From the human T2T-CHM13v2.0 reference genome, Homo sapiens, in assembly GCF_009914755.1 (NCBI RefSeq), contig NC_060926.1: DNA of 64,000 nt. The stretch is one strand, 5' to 3'. Shown here one piece after another: positions 41,135 through 58,602 of this stretch. Positions within the stretch are counted from its first letter, which is position 1; each line of letters opens with the position of its first letter. Under the pieces are notes generated by a model. It was given only the letters and a program-made list of their open reading frames with translations. It searched no databases and was not told the origin of the DNA. The translations under genes were made by a program, and so were the position numbers.

Positions 41135-42130
41135 ATGGGGAGAAAAAAGAGCAGAAAAACTGGAAACTCTAAAAATCAGAGCACCTCTCCTCTTCCAAAG
41201 GAATGCAGCTCCTCACCAGCAATGGAACAAAGCTGGATGGAGAATGACTTTGACGAATTGAGAGAAGAAGGCTTCAGACGATCAAACTTCTCCCAGCTAA
41301 AGGAAGAAGTTCGAACCCATGGCAAAGAAGCTGAAAACCTTGAAAAAACATTAGACGAATGGCTAACTAGAATAGCCAATGCAGAGGAGTCCTTAAAGGA
41401 CCTGATGGAGCTGAACTACGTGACCAATGCACAAGCTTCAGTAGCCGATTCGATCAACTGGAAGAAAGGGTATCAGTGATAGAAGATCAAATGAATGCAA
41501 TAAAGTGAGAAAAGTTTAGAGAAAAAAGAATAAAAAGAAATGAACAAACCCTCCGAGAAATATGGGACTATGTGAAAAGACCAAATCTACATCTGATTGG
41601 TGTACCTGAAGGTGACAGGGAGAATGGAACCAAGTTGGAAAACACTCTGCAGGATATTATCCAGGAGAACTTCCCCAATCTAGCAAGGCAGGCCAGCATT
41701 CAAATTCAGGAAATACAGAGAACGCCACAAAGATACTCCTCGAGAAGAGCAACTCCAAGACACATAATTGTCAGATTCACCAAAGTTGAAATGAAGGAAA
41801 AAATGTTAAGGGCAGCCAGAAATAAAGGTCAGGTTACCCACAAAGGGAAGCTCATCAGACTAACAGCTCATTTCTCAAAAGAAACTCTACAAGCCAGAAG
41901 AGAGTGGTGGCCAATATTCAACATTCTTAAAGACAAGAATTTTCAACCCAGAGTCATATCCAGCCAACCTAAGCTTCATAAGTGAAGGAGAAATGAAATA
42001 CTTTACAGACAAGCAAATGCTGAGAGATTTTGTCACCACCAGGCCTGCCCTACAAGAACCCCTGAAGGAAGCACTAAACATGGAAAGGAACAACCAGTAC
42101 CAGCCACTGCAAAAACATGCCAAATTGTGA
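41135..42130 (+). pseudogene. L1 ORF1p, frameshifted with premature stops
   Basis: MGRKKSRKTGNSKNQS... and KRPNLHLIGVPE...RRATPRHIIVRFTK fall in separate ORF pieces with intervening stops. Confidence 0.95.
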
Positions 42131-42193
42131 AGACCATCAGTGCTAGGAAGAAACTGCATCAACTAACGAGCAAAATAACCAGCTAACATCATA

Positions 42194-46011
<3,818 letters not shown>

Positions 46012-46207
46012 ACAATGAGTACACTTGGACACAGGAAGGGGAACATCACACACCGGGGCCTGTTGTGGGGTGGGGGCAGGGGGAGGGATAGCATTAGGAG
46101 ATATACTTAATACTAAATGACGAGTCAATGGGTGCAGCACACCAACATGGCACATGTATACATATGTAACAAACCTGCACATTGTGCACATGTACCCTAG
46201 AACTTAA

Positions 46208-46645
<438 letters not shown>

Positions 46646-46754
46646 TTACCTATCTCAATATTTTTCTTGGTTTTGTTTTGAATAAAAGCATTTGGACCTA
46701 ATTTTAATTGTTAATTATAATAAATAATTTATTTGTGAAAAAAAGATAGAAATC

Positions 46755-48560
46755 TATTGTGTCAAATGCTACAAAGAGTCAATTAAGTAAGTTCAGGTGT
46801 GGGAACTGACCAGTGAATTAACTCCCTTGACAAATGCGTGTTAGGGTAATGATGAGGATAAAGGCATGACTCGATGGAATTCAAGAGAGATTAAAGGGTG
46901 AGAGAGTGAAAACAGTGTAAGCAACACTTGCTGTAACTTTTGTCAAAACGAGGAAGGAAATGTTAATGGTATCTGTTGAAGGAAATAAAAAAAATTTTCC
47001 TATTGGGTATTTATTGAGCACAATTTTTATTTGGTGAAAATGATCCAATAGGGAAAGAATAGTTGATGGCATGCAAAGAGATGGGAAAAATTGTAGGAGC
47101 AAAGCACTTTAGGGACAAGAATAAATAGGACCCAGGTCACAAATAAAGGGATTTGCTTAGATAGGGGGTCTGAGTCCATTCACTGAATGAGAAGAATGGT
47201 AGAGTAAAAGGGTGCAGATGGGGTTAATAGATTTGGTGTATGGCTGAAGACCTTCTCTGATTAAATCTATTTTTTTCAGAAAATGAGAAGCAGGTCACCA
47301 GCTGAAAATGAGGGGGGTGGAGTGATGATTTAGTATTTTAAAAGCGAAGAAAAAGTGAGAAATAGTTGTTTTGGTGAGTAAGAGAGTGAATTGGATGAGC
47401 AAATATAATAGATTTCCTGGACAGAGTTTGGATCATACATTTGAAGTTAAGCACAGTTAGCATGTACTGTGATTTCTCCAGCTTGAATCATCTTGCAAGG
47501 ATGATAGAGACAAAAGCAAAAGTCGAATTTAAGCCAAAATTCGGATTTCGTAGATGATTATGATGAAGGAAACAGGCAAGAAAAAGAATGACATAGACAA
47601 GTAATGAGATGATAACAATAGATGAATCATACAGACTTTCGACTGAATACAAAGGTAGTGACAAACTGATGGAAGGTGGAGAAGAAAAGGGGAAAATGTT
47701 AATGGAATCACAGACCTATCTGATGAGTTGTTGGAGTGTTGGAGTGAGAGATCTAGAGAAAGTAGAAATGGAAAAATGAGTGTTGCTACACAGAAGACTA
47801 GATGCTGAGGTGAAATATTTAATTATGTTTGAGTTATTGGTAAGGACAGTCTAAGAAATGGCCTGGGAAGTGGGGACAGTTAGACAAAGGAAGGTGGAAA
47901 TGTAAGATGGGGTGTTTGGAAGATAAGAAGACAAGCTATTGAGAAGCTTGAGTAGTAGATGGTTTTGAGTGATCAAGGATGATGCTAAGAGTAGTAAGCA
48001 GTGGAGAAACCGAGCTAAATTAGGTGCTAAAAATCTTGCAAAAATTAGGAGGATTGCTCAGAAGGATAGCAATGTGACAAAGGAAAATAGTGGCTGGTAT
48101 AACTTTGCAGTGTATTTGTCAAAGAAGCTGGAAGGTTTAGGGAGGATGAAGGAGCAATATTCTGGAACTGACAATGGAGATCAAAGAGGATACTTATCCT
48201 AAGCCCAGTGAAATAAGAAAGATATCACGCCATGGGAGGGCTGTAGGGAAGGATAACCTCTGGGGAGAGCCAGGTTTGTAGAATGGAAGGTAAAATATTT
48301 AGAGAAGTGGTTGAATATATAATATGGAGATTTTACTTTTCCTAGAGTTTAAATTCTGGAGAAAGTATTTTGAGGAGTCTGGAAAGGATTACAGCTTGAG
48401 TCCCATGAGGGAACTTACAGAACAGTGGATGGAAGAACAAATTTTGACTTATTGTAGTAATAGAGACAAAAAGGGCATCATGCTAGTGTTCTCTTATGGA
48501 GAGGGGGAAACTACCAGAGTATACACAAAGACTAAAGAACAGAGTATGAATATCTTGATT
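46755..48560 (-). mobile_element. L2 LINE (right part)
   Basis: tgtgtcaaatgctac ... aaatgagaagcaggtcaccagctga ... gagtgatcaaggatgatg, purine-rich L2 antisense sequence. Confidence 0.6.
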
Positions 48561-48742
48561 AAGAAAGGTCACTTGAGCAATTCCTAGTGATGTAGCAGAC
48601 AGTGTTGGATGGAGAGAAAGTGGAGTTCTATAAGCCTCCAGGAAATCCAACTGTGGGTATTGTTGATACCAAAACTGAAGCTAAGACAGCAAGCTAAAGT
48701 CATGGGAAGAAGATTGGACTTAGTCTTTAGGCATTAGGATGC

Positions 48743-49622
48743 TGTATTAGGTTGAATAATGACACTCTCTGATATGGTTAGGCTTGGTGTCCCCACCCAA
48801 ATCTTGAATTGTAATCTCCATAATCCCCATAGTCCCTTCATATCAAGGGAGAGACCAGGTGGAAGTAATGGAATCATGGGTGCAGTTTCCCCCATGCTGT
48901 TCTGGTGATAGCGAGTGAATCTCACAAGATCTGATGGTATTATAAGTGTCTGGCATTTCCCCTTCTGGCACTTCTCCTTCCTGATGCCTTATGAAGAAGG
49001 TGCCTTGCTTCGTCTTCACCTTCCACCTTACACCATGATTGTAAGTTTTCTGAGGCCTTCCCAGTCATGCAGACTGTGAGTCAATCAAACCTCTTTCCTT
49101 TATAAATTGCCCCATCTCAGGCAGTTCTTTATAGCAGTATGAAAACAGACTAACACACTCCCTCCCCAATAATATGTTCATAACCACCAAACCTGTAAAT
49201 CTAACCTTATTTGGAATAAGTGACTTTGCTTTTGTAATGAAGTTAAGGATCTTGAGATATAATCATCATGGATGAGTATAAGCCTTAAATCTAATGACAT
49301 CTTTATAAGAGAAGAGAAGATAAAAGAAGATAAAAGAAGAGAAGAGAAGAGAACAAAGACACAGACACAGAGAAGAATGCGACATGAAGACAGAGGCAGA
49401 GATTGGAGTGAGGCAACAAGCCAAAGGGCACCAAGGATTGCCAGCAGCCATCAGGAGCCAGGATAGAGGCATAGAACAGAGTCTACCTCAGCGTCCAGAA
49501 GGAACCAACCAAATACCTTGGCTTCATACTCTAGCGTCTAGATCTGTGAGTAAATGGGCTTCTGTGGTTTTAAGCCATTAAATTTGTGGTAATTTGTTAT
49601 GACAGTCCTAGAACACTAATCC
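48743..49622 (+). mobile_element. MLT1C-like LTR interrupted by THE1D
   Basis: tgtattaggttgaataatg before the THE1. accttatttggaa ... gaagacagaggcagagattggagtga ... ttttaagccattaaatttgtggtaatttgttat after it. Confidence 0.8.
48770..49157 (+). mobile_element. THE1D-like MaLR solo LTR
   Basis: tgatatggttaggctt ... tccccacccaaatc ... gttctttatagcagtatgaaaacagactaacaca, with a 5-bp TSD ctctc/ctccc. Confidence 0.9.
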
Positions 49623-50369
49623 ATATGCCTAAGTAAGAATAACTTAGTCACATATATGAACACATATGCATGACTTCTCGCACTTTTGAAGCAGCTAATT
49701 TTCAGAGACCTGTGGCCAGCATGGTCTGAGATGTCCTCAGCCCAGAGTGCTTATTGAATTGATAGAAACACATAGTAATTGCATTACTGAATGCTATTCT
49801 AATATTGTGTTAGAAATAACTTTATGTTAACAGAATGTGCAAAGAGATTGGAATAAATTAGGTGCATGAGAAAAAAATATTGTGTGTAAATGAAAGCAGG
49901 TCAAATATTTCAGTAGATGAGTTAACCCAAAGACAGTTTTCTGAAGCTGGCAGGACTCCTTCTTCATAAGATCAGCAAGAACTGATTGACCAACATGCCT
50001 TGGGGTATGAAGGGACAAGAAGTGTCATCTGACCTGACTTTGTGCCTTGACTTAGGACTGGCCCCCAAAATACACCACAGAAAACAAAATAACACATCTC
50101 TGCAGAAATTCTCTTGGACTCTTTCTGTTTGTTCTTTAGTCTTCATGGATTCTCTGGTAGTTTCTACTGTCTTCCCCCATGATGTGGAGAAGTTTCCTCC
50201 AGTCTGCTTCACCCTGTAAAGTAGATTGTCCGTGATCATGGCTATGCCATGAGGAATCGCTGTAGTTTCCCAATGACATCCTGGTATTGGCTCACCTGGT
50301 AGATGCTTCCTCTGGCTTCTCTGTGATAGGTGATAGACTTTTGTGTTATTCATTTGTACATCAATTTGA

Positions 50370-51310
50370 CCAATATTTTACCTCTTACTCTTTGCCAAGC
50401 ATTGTTTTAGATATAGGAGATAAAAACATCTCATAAGGCATATATTTTAGTGAATGAGCAAGAAAATTACCATGTGAAAACATAAATGCCACTTCAGAAA
50501 AGAAACAAAATAAGGAAATATACAAAGAGGAATGTTATTTTGGAAAGAGTAATGAAGACAAACTCTAAGGGGTGACAGTAGAGCACAGATATACATTATC
50601 ATGCATGTGGGGAAGAATATTTTAGGTAGAGAGAAGAGCAAGTGAAAAGCCCTTAGAACTTGCTATATGTGAGTAACAGCAGGATGCTGTGGACTGAGTT
50701 GGGGGAAGAGATGAGGCTAGAGAGACTGGATTTTAAGTGTCATTGTTTTAAATGATGGTGGAGGAGTAAAGGGAGCCACATAAACTGATTTATATTTCCA
50801 AAATATCACAATGGCTTCAGGGTGAAGGAGATAGTGTAGAAGCCAAGAGTGGACTTGGAGAACCATTTGAGAGATGTCCCCAGTAGTTGAGATGAGAGAT
50901 GATAGTGACTGGGATGATGGTGACAATGGAGAAAGTGCCAAAAAGCAAACTGATTCCAGGAATATTTAAGGGTAGAGTCAACAGAATGTGCCGGTGGACT
51001 TAAAAATGGATGTGAAAGAAAGGGAGAAATCAAGACTCCTGGGCTTTGGACTAACAATTGGATGAATATTGATTATATTTATTGAGATGAGGAAGGCTAG
51101 TGAAGTGTCATGTTGAGATAGGAGATGGGAAACAAAAGAGGTCTGTTTTTAGATATGTAAGTCTGCAATGTATTTCTGATGTTTAGATGAGACATTGTAT
51201 AGGCAGATAGAAATATGAGTTGATGCTCAGGACAGAAATTGAAGCTAGAGTTACAATTATGGTGTGCAAAGCCATGAATAAGGATGAGCTCATCCAGGGA
51301 GTGAGCGGAG
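50370..51310 (-). mobile_element. L2 fragment
   Basis: atcacaatggcttcagggtg ... ggtagagtcaacagaa ... agaaatcaagactcctggg. Confidence 0.6.
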
Positions 51311-54018
51311 GACGAAATTTCCATGCTGGCATGGAGAGATAACAAAGAGGCCTGGAAAGTCTTCAAATCTGCAAAACAGTATTGCTGCCACCCAAACTAT
51401 CCTCTTGTGTAAGAGAGATGGACACAGCACTGATGGAATGGTGTCAAAGGCATCATCACAGACTTCAGTATTAAATTGAAGTTGTCATTTGCTTGTCTTC
51501 CAATTATATCGGGACACTGGGTAAATGTACTAATCTTTGGTGATTTGGTGTGTGTGTGTGTGTGTGGCTGGGTGTGCTCTGTGTGTATTTATGTGAATAC
51601 ATGGACTTTTAAAATATGGATGATTATGAAATATATTAAAAATGGGTAACCCATATCCACTTGCTTTGCATTATAAAGCTTTCTTCCTGAGAAGCTATGC
51701 TACGAAACATTGGGGACAACTTTTTTTTTTTTAAAGAGAAATTGAGACTATTGTGTCCTGGCATCAGGCCACCATCAAAATGAGTTTGAGTTTGGTATTA
51801 CAGAGGATGAGAAATTTAATGGAAAAATTTAAGAGGAACTTTGAGATGTGGAATTAAATCTTAATAATGTGATCAAGGCTGGAGATATGAATTTAGGTGT
51901 CTTCCATTTATAAGTGAGTTTTGAAACCATAGAAATGGACATGTTTTCCAAGAGAAAAGCATGCCCAGAGACGAGAGGGCAGGGAGTAAAGCTGTGTCCT
52001 TGTGTAAGGGCATGGATTCTTATTTGACAGCTAAACTTATACAACACAGAGAAATGTCATTCCAAGAAGCTTAAAGCTTAGCATGTGGAAGCGTCACATT
52101 AAATATTTTTCCAGTTCATGAAAAAAGGGAGTAAATGAAGACGTAGTTGAAAGGAAAAGAACTTTGCACAGAAATCTGAGAAGAAATAGTTGGAGATATA
52201 GCAGCAGAACCAAGTTAGAATGTTGTCAAAAAAGGCAACATGGTAGAAAACTAAGAATTCTGAAGTTGTTTAAAATATTAAAAGAGAGGAATTCAGTTAG
52301 CAATGAGTCAATACTCATAGTTTATTGTTGACCTTGATGACAGCAGTTTTAACATGATGCAGTAGAATGCTAGGAAATGCAGAAGAGTCATAAATCCAAG
52401 GAACAAAGTGAGGGTGAGTCTCTGAAGGCTTTCTGGAAGAAGTGTTACTAGGCTAGAGTCTTAAATGGCTAGGAGGAGTTTCCCAGAAAAAGTCGGAAAG
52501 GATGAAAAATATTAATTAATATTTTCCAATCACTGTGTGTCCTGTTCCTTTTGAATTAACCCCTGACAGCTCTATGGAATGTGATTCTTATTCACAAATC
52601 CTATTTTATACTAACTGAAAAGAATCTCACATCAATCAAGTTCTAATAATGACTATATAATTTTTTGAGTACCTTCTATGTACCTGAATCTGTGCAAAGT
52701 ACTATGGTAGATCCAAAGGTGCCAGAGCACTGTTCTGTTCTCAAAGTGCAAATGCTACATTTGCAGATCAAAAAAAATTAAGGTCCATTTATAAAGCACA
52801 GGTTACATGTCTGGTCCTATGCTCTGGATTGCGGGCATTAAGATAAAAACATAAGGCATGTTTTTGGAGAATTCACAGTCTAGTAATATTTGATATACAT
52901 GCAAACAGACACAGTTTCTCATGATCTATGATATGACAGGGTACTGTGAGAACAAAGAGGAGGGATGCCTAACCTAGGTCACATGAGGGGTCATGGAAAG
53001 TATAGAATGGGTAAACCTTGAGTGCAGTCTTGCAGGGGACTCTATCTAGGAAGTTATCTAGGTGAAGTTATCTAGGAGAAGCAGAATATCCTGCAAGGGT
53101 TAATGCAGAGATCTGAGAGAGTAAGTTGCATTTGAGCATTCAGAATAAACACCTGAAAAGTAAAATATGAAGGTGAGGGTGATAGAGAAAAGACTTGAAA
53201 GCATGAATTTTGGCTACAAAATGATAACCTCAGATTATCCAGAAAAGTGTGACTTTCTAACCTTTTAACAATTCCATACTTCTTAGTAAACCTTCCAATA
53301 ACATCATCTTTATTAACAGCTTCTACAAACCCACTAGCATGATGGAGTTCTGCTTCAGCACATCTGGATCCCAAATGGTTGTCATTAGTCATTTCAAAGG
53401 CTTAGCTTATTTTATTTATGACTTGCTTCAATAAACACACTATTCCTACATGGAATTTAATGTGAACTTTTGACAGTGATTACTATTCAACATTTGGCCT
53501 CTAATCTCTTCTGTGCCTCGAAGTAGTTAACGAGCACTCATTCAACCAGAATTTATTGAGCACTTGCTACATGTCTGGAACCAGGACAGGTGCCTTACAG
53601 TGGTGCTTCTCAACTTTACTCTTACTAAACATTAAATATCACTCTTTAAAAAATATCAATTGCAATTTCAAAATTAGCTTCAATTTAGAACAACAGATAT
53701 TTACAGAAGACAATTTCGATATGGAGATGCTTAAAGGCTTTTCTTGGCTCATACGACGACAATAGAAAGACAAAGGTGCACTTGATTGCTTGTTAAAAAC
53801 TTCTCTATCCTAAATTTATAATGTTCATTTAACCAATATTTATTGAAAATCAGCTCTGCACTGAGCACTGATCATTTTTGGGATACTTCAATGAATACAA
53901 CAAATTAAAAAAAAACAAAACCTGAAATGGAGCTTATGTTCTAGGAAGTCCAGACAGTAATATACACAAACAAAATGAATAAGCTAAACAAAGTTTACCT
54001 TTCCGTTCAAGTCTAAGG

Positions 54019-54038
54019 TGCTGCTGCTGCTGCTGCTG
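54019..54038. repeat. Short (CTG)6 trinucleotide repeat
   Basis: tgctgctgctgctgctgctg. Confidence 0.85.
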
Positions 54039-56193
54039 AAATTCATCATCAGTGCAAATAATGGTCTCAAAACCCACGTGAAAGATTGCAGGACAAGGGA
54101 ATAAAAAAACTTCCCTTGGAATCTTTCAGTCAAAGACTAAGCATTGGTTACTTAAGCTCACAGGCAGATATAGAGGTGGCCGTAGAGGTCCCTGGAATCA
54201 GACTAGCTTGGTTCAAGTCTTGGTCCCCCCACTTCCAGGCCAGGTGACTTCAGCAAGTTACCTGGCCTGTCTTTGTCTCATCTCCTCACATGAAAAAAGT
54301 GGCATTAATCTTCCCATCATAGCATTCTGTGAGAATTAAGTGAGATAATACACATAAGATACTCAGAGGTGTTGAGGATCAAGACCGCTGATGGCAGGTA
54401 CCCGTGTCTGACATAGACTAAATTCTCAGTAGATATCACTTATTATTATTGCTGAGAAGACAGTTTCATTCATGTGTTTAACAGAAACTTTCAGCTCCAA
54501 TGTGAAGAAAATATCTTCTGCACACAGAGTAGATGAGATTTGATACTTTCCCTCAAATCGCTTTCAAGATCTTTGTCCTTGAGAGTCTCATCAATCTGAG
54601 AACACGAAGAGATGTTTTAGTACCAATTCACAGTGTTCATAGATATATTTTGGCTATAAATGGTGAAGTATGTCATAATAAGTAAAGCTATTGGTATTTG
54701 TCCCTAAGCTTTTTGTGTCATGTATTCAAAGCTTCAAAATGTATGTTTTTATATGCTGAACAGAACTGTAAAGCATAATTGTGGGAAGTTTGGAGCAAAT
54801 GATTGTTTTAATGGCTTTCCCAAAGCAGCTTATTTCCCCTTGACCACTAACAACCATACAATTGAAGAACTTTGTGATTGGTCTTCAGATTTGCACAGAG
54901 ACAGGCAGTGGCCATGTTTTTATCTTTACTGTGCTTGTCTTGAATGTCATCAGCTGACAGGAAGCATAGCAAGACTGAAGGCCTCTTGTGAGTTAATGGG
55001 CAATTTTAGTTGTCAAAGCCAGGTAGAGAATAATGGAAGGAGTTCTTAAAATTAAAGTGCGTCTGTGAGTGTGTGTTTAAATGAATTGTATTTGTTTTGT
55101 TTTTCTTGTCTTTATTTCTTTTTTCTTTTTTTCTAACAGAAGAAATCCTGACACTCCTGCAGAAAGCTTGGCTGACTCACAGTCAGAACAGGCCCTCTTT
55201 ATTAATTTCAAATTCACCTCATTCACTCCAGGACATAGCTTTAAAGAAAAAAAAAATTAGCATTTTTTTTTGGTAATATCCTAGGTTACAGAAAGCATCA
55301 ATTCTTCTGCACATAGTTAAACACAATTCCTCTTATCACTGAAGGCTTTAAAACTAAAAGCTAAAGAGAGTGACAACCATATATTTGAAAAATGTTGTTG
55401 ATCTCCTTTGTTACATTACCAATTTGGCACTTAACTGAAATTTCTTTTAAAATGTATAATCCAAGCAATGTTTTCCAAAGTAGCTATTCTATACATTTTT
55501 ATAAGTTTTTCTATGTTTTTTAAAATTTTCTATTTCATAAAATGTTTTCTTAAGCTGTGAATTCCTGGTACTCTTTAGTCCAATATTGCCTAGCTTCATG
55601 AGTAGGAAGAGCCAAATTAATCAACCAATCACAGAAACAAACAAGCAAACAAATAATAAAAAACATTTGTTTAAATCATGTACAATATAAATATTTTTTA
55701 CTTAACTAATTTTTAAGTCAAGAGAGCTCTGCTCAGGTTTAAAACATAAAACTCACAGACAAATTTCTACACTCTTCTTTACAATGTATACAAAAAACAC
55801 CGACTAGGAATGCACTGGAGGTTGGCATTGGCCTTGATATTTGACCAAAATCTGATATTTGGCTTCTATATTAGTATTCAAAGGGCTGAGTGTCTACTTC
55901 AGTATAATTTTAATTTTGTGATCAGATAGATTACCATCGATCTAGTCACAATAAAGGCATGAGTACCAGGAGCACAGACAATTTTGATTCTTTAATGCCT
56001 AAATATTATTTTTCAGATATAAAAATATTTACCTGTAACTTGAAGTGAACATTTCTCGCCCTACTTTTATACATGAAAAAATTGTCTACTTGGTTGAAGA
56101 GTAAATCTATATTTACTATTACAAGTAGAAAATGCTGCAAAAATAAATAATGTTGATTATGAAAAATGTTAATTTTATTTTAAAAACCAATAA

Positions 56194-57165
56194 AGAATTC
56201 ACCAGTAAAGCCATCTGGTCCTGAGTTTTTCTTTCTGAGAAGTTTTTGGTTGTTGATTCAATCTCCTTATTCTCTATTGGTCTGTTCAAACATTCTATTT
56301 ATTCATAATACAGGTATGGTAGGTTGTAAGTTTCTAAAAAATGTATTTATTTCTTCTAGATTATGCAATATGTTGGCAAATAATTGATCAGAATAATCAC
56401 ATGATTTTTTTATTTCTGTGGAATCAGTTGTAATATGTTCTTTTACAGTTTTGTTTTTATTTCCATCTTCTGGTTTTTTTTTGTTTGTTTTCTGAAAGCT
56501 AAAAGTTTAACAGTTTTGTTTATCTTTGCAAAAAGCCAACTTTTAGTTCTGTTGATTTTTTTCTATTGTTTTCCTATTCTATATTTAGCTTATTTCTGCT
56601 TTAATATTTATTATTTCCTACATCCTACTAACTTTAGGCTTGCTTTGTCCTCCTTTTTCCAGCTCATTGATTTGTAAAGTTAAGTTGTTTATTTGAAATT
56701 TTTCTTCTTTAATATAGATTTTTATCACTATAAGCTTTTCTCTTAGAACTGCTTTTGCTGCACCTCATAAGTTTTGGTATGTTTTCTAAATTTTTATATA
56801 TTATCTAAATCCCCTTACAATATATTCCTTGGCCCATTGGTTGTCCAAATTCCACATATTTGTGATTTTTTCCTTCTTTTTGTCATTTTTAGTTTGGTAT
56901 TTTTAGTTCTTAGTATTTTTTAGTAATTTTTTTAGTATTTTTAGTTTTTTTTCTGTTATTCATTTTTAGTTTCATTCATCTCTGTTGGAAAAGATACTTG
57001 GTATAATTTCGATCTTCTTAAATTTATTAAGACTTCTGTTGTGACCTTATTTGTGATCTGCCTTGGAGAATGTTTCATGTACATTTGAAAAGAATGTATT
57101 CTGCTCTTGTAGGCAGAATGTTCTGTTTATGTATGTTGATCCATATGGTGTATAGTGTTGTTCTA
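56194..57165 (-). mobile_element. L1M ORF2 fragment (inverted part)
   Basis: agaattcaccagtaaagccatctggtcctg ... cttggagaatgtttcatgtacatttgaaaagaatgt is antisense ORF2. Confidence 0.85.
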
Positions 57166-57352
57166 GGGAGAATTAACAATAATCCTTCAAAAACTCTTCC
57201 AAAAAAATTAAGAAGTATAATTTCCAAACTAATTTTATGAGGTCAGCATTATCCTGATACCAAAGCAAGACAAAGACACTATAAGAAAAGAGAACTATAG
57301 GCCAATATCCTTGATAAACATAGATGCAGAAATCTTTAAAATATTAGCAAAC
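57166..57352 (+). mobile_element. L1M ORF2 fragment (sense part)
   Basis: aaactcttccaaaaaaatt ... ttttatgaggtcagcattatcctgataccaaa ... aacatagatgcagaaatc. Confidence 0.8.
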
Positions 57353-58560
57353 TGGGGAAAACTGGCTAACTATATGCAGAAGAATGAAGCTGGACTCCTA
57401 CCTCTCAATATATCCAAAAATTAACTCAAGATGGATTAAAGATTTTAGTGTTAAGACCTTGAACTATAAACCTCCTAGAAGAAAACCTAGGAAATATTCT
57501 TCTGTACATTGGCCTAAGCAGGGAATTTATGACCAAGTCCTTAAAAGCAAATGCAATAAAAACAAAAATTGACAAGTGGGACATAGTTAAATTAAAAATC
57601 TTCTTCATAACAAAAGAAAGTATCAACAGACAACCTACAGAATCAGAGAAAATATTTGCCATCTGTGTATCTGAGAAGGGACTAATATCCAGAATCTATA
57701 AGGACTTTAAATCAAGACAAAACAAATTACTTCACTAAAAAGTGGTCAGAGAACATGAATACACACTTTCTAAAGAAGATATACAAGCAACCAATGAACA
57801 TATGAAAAATTCCCTGCATCACTATTGGAGACATGCAAATCGAAACCACAATGAGATACCATCTCACACCAGTCAGAATGGCTAATACAATAAAGTAAAA
57901 AATAACGTGTTGGTGAGGTTGTGGCAAAAAGAGAACACTTATACACTGTTGGTGGGAATGTAAACTGATTCAGCCCTTAGGAAAGCAGTTTGAAGATTTA
58001 TCAAAGAACTAAAAATACAACTGCCATTCAACCCAGCAGTCCCATTACTGGGTATATACCCAAAAGAAAATGAATTGCTCTACCAAAAAGACACATGCAC
58101 TTATATGTTCATTGCAGCACTATTTACAACAGCAAAGACATAAAATCAAACTAAGTACCCATCAATGGTGGATGGGATAAAAGAAATGTAGTACAGACAC
58201 CATGGAATATTATGCAGGCATAAAAAAGAATGAAATTATTTGCTTTGCAGTAACATGGATGCATCTGGTGGCCATTATCCTAAGTGAATTAATGCAGAAA
58301 CTGAATACAAAATACTGCATATTCTCACTTATAAGTGAGGGCTAAACATTAGGCACACATACACATAAAAATGGGAAAAATAGACACTAGAGACCCCAAA
58401 AAGTAAGAGAAAGAGGGACAAGGGGCAAGGGTTGAAAAACTACCTATTAGTACTATGTTCTCTATATGGGTGACGGAATCAATATAAACCCAAACCTCAG
58501 CATCATGCAATATACCTATGTAATGAACCTGCACGTATACCCTGAATCTAAAATAAAAAA
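57353..58560 (+). mobile_element. L1PB-like 3' portion
   Basis: ORF2 C-terminal sequence, then a PB-type 3'UTR (gcaagggttgaaaaactacctatt ... ccaaacctcagcatcatgcaatatac ... cctgaatctaaaataaaa). Confidence 0.88.
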
Positions 58561-58602
58561 TATATATTTTAAAAACTGGCAAGATAAATTTGATAACACA
58601 TT

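Noticed and set aside
53072-53392. 106-aa minus-strand ORF with a protein-like N-terminal half
   Set aside because: I recognise no family or exon boundaries, and its C-terminal part runs into repeat-like sequence. A BLASTX search would settle it.
54019-54038. (CTG)6 as an expansion-prone repeat
   Set aside because: It is too short and not in a recognisable exon.
56176-58576. tattttaaaaac on both sides of the L1M/L1PB composite as a single-event TSD
   Set aside because: It is a low-complexity AT-rich 12-mer, not flush with the 5' junction, and the pieces look like different L1 subfamilies.
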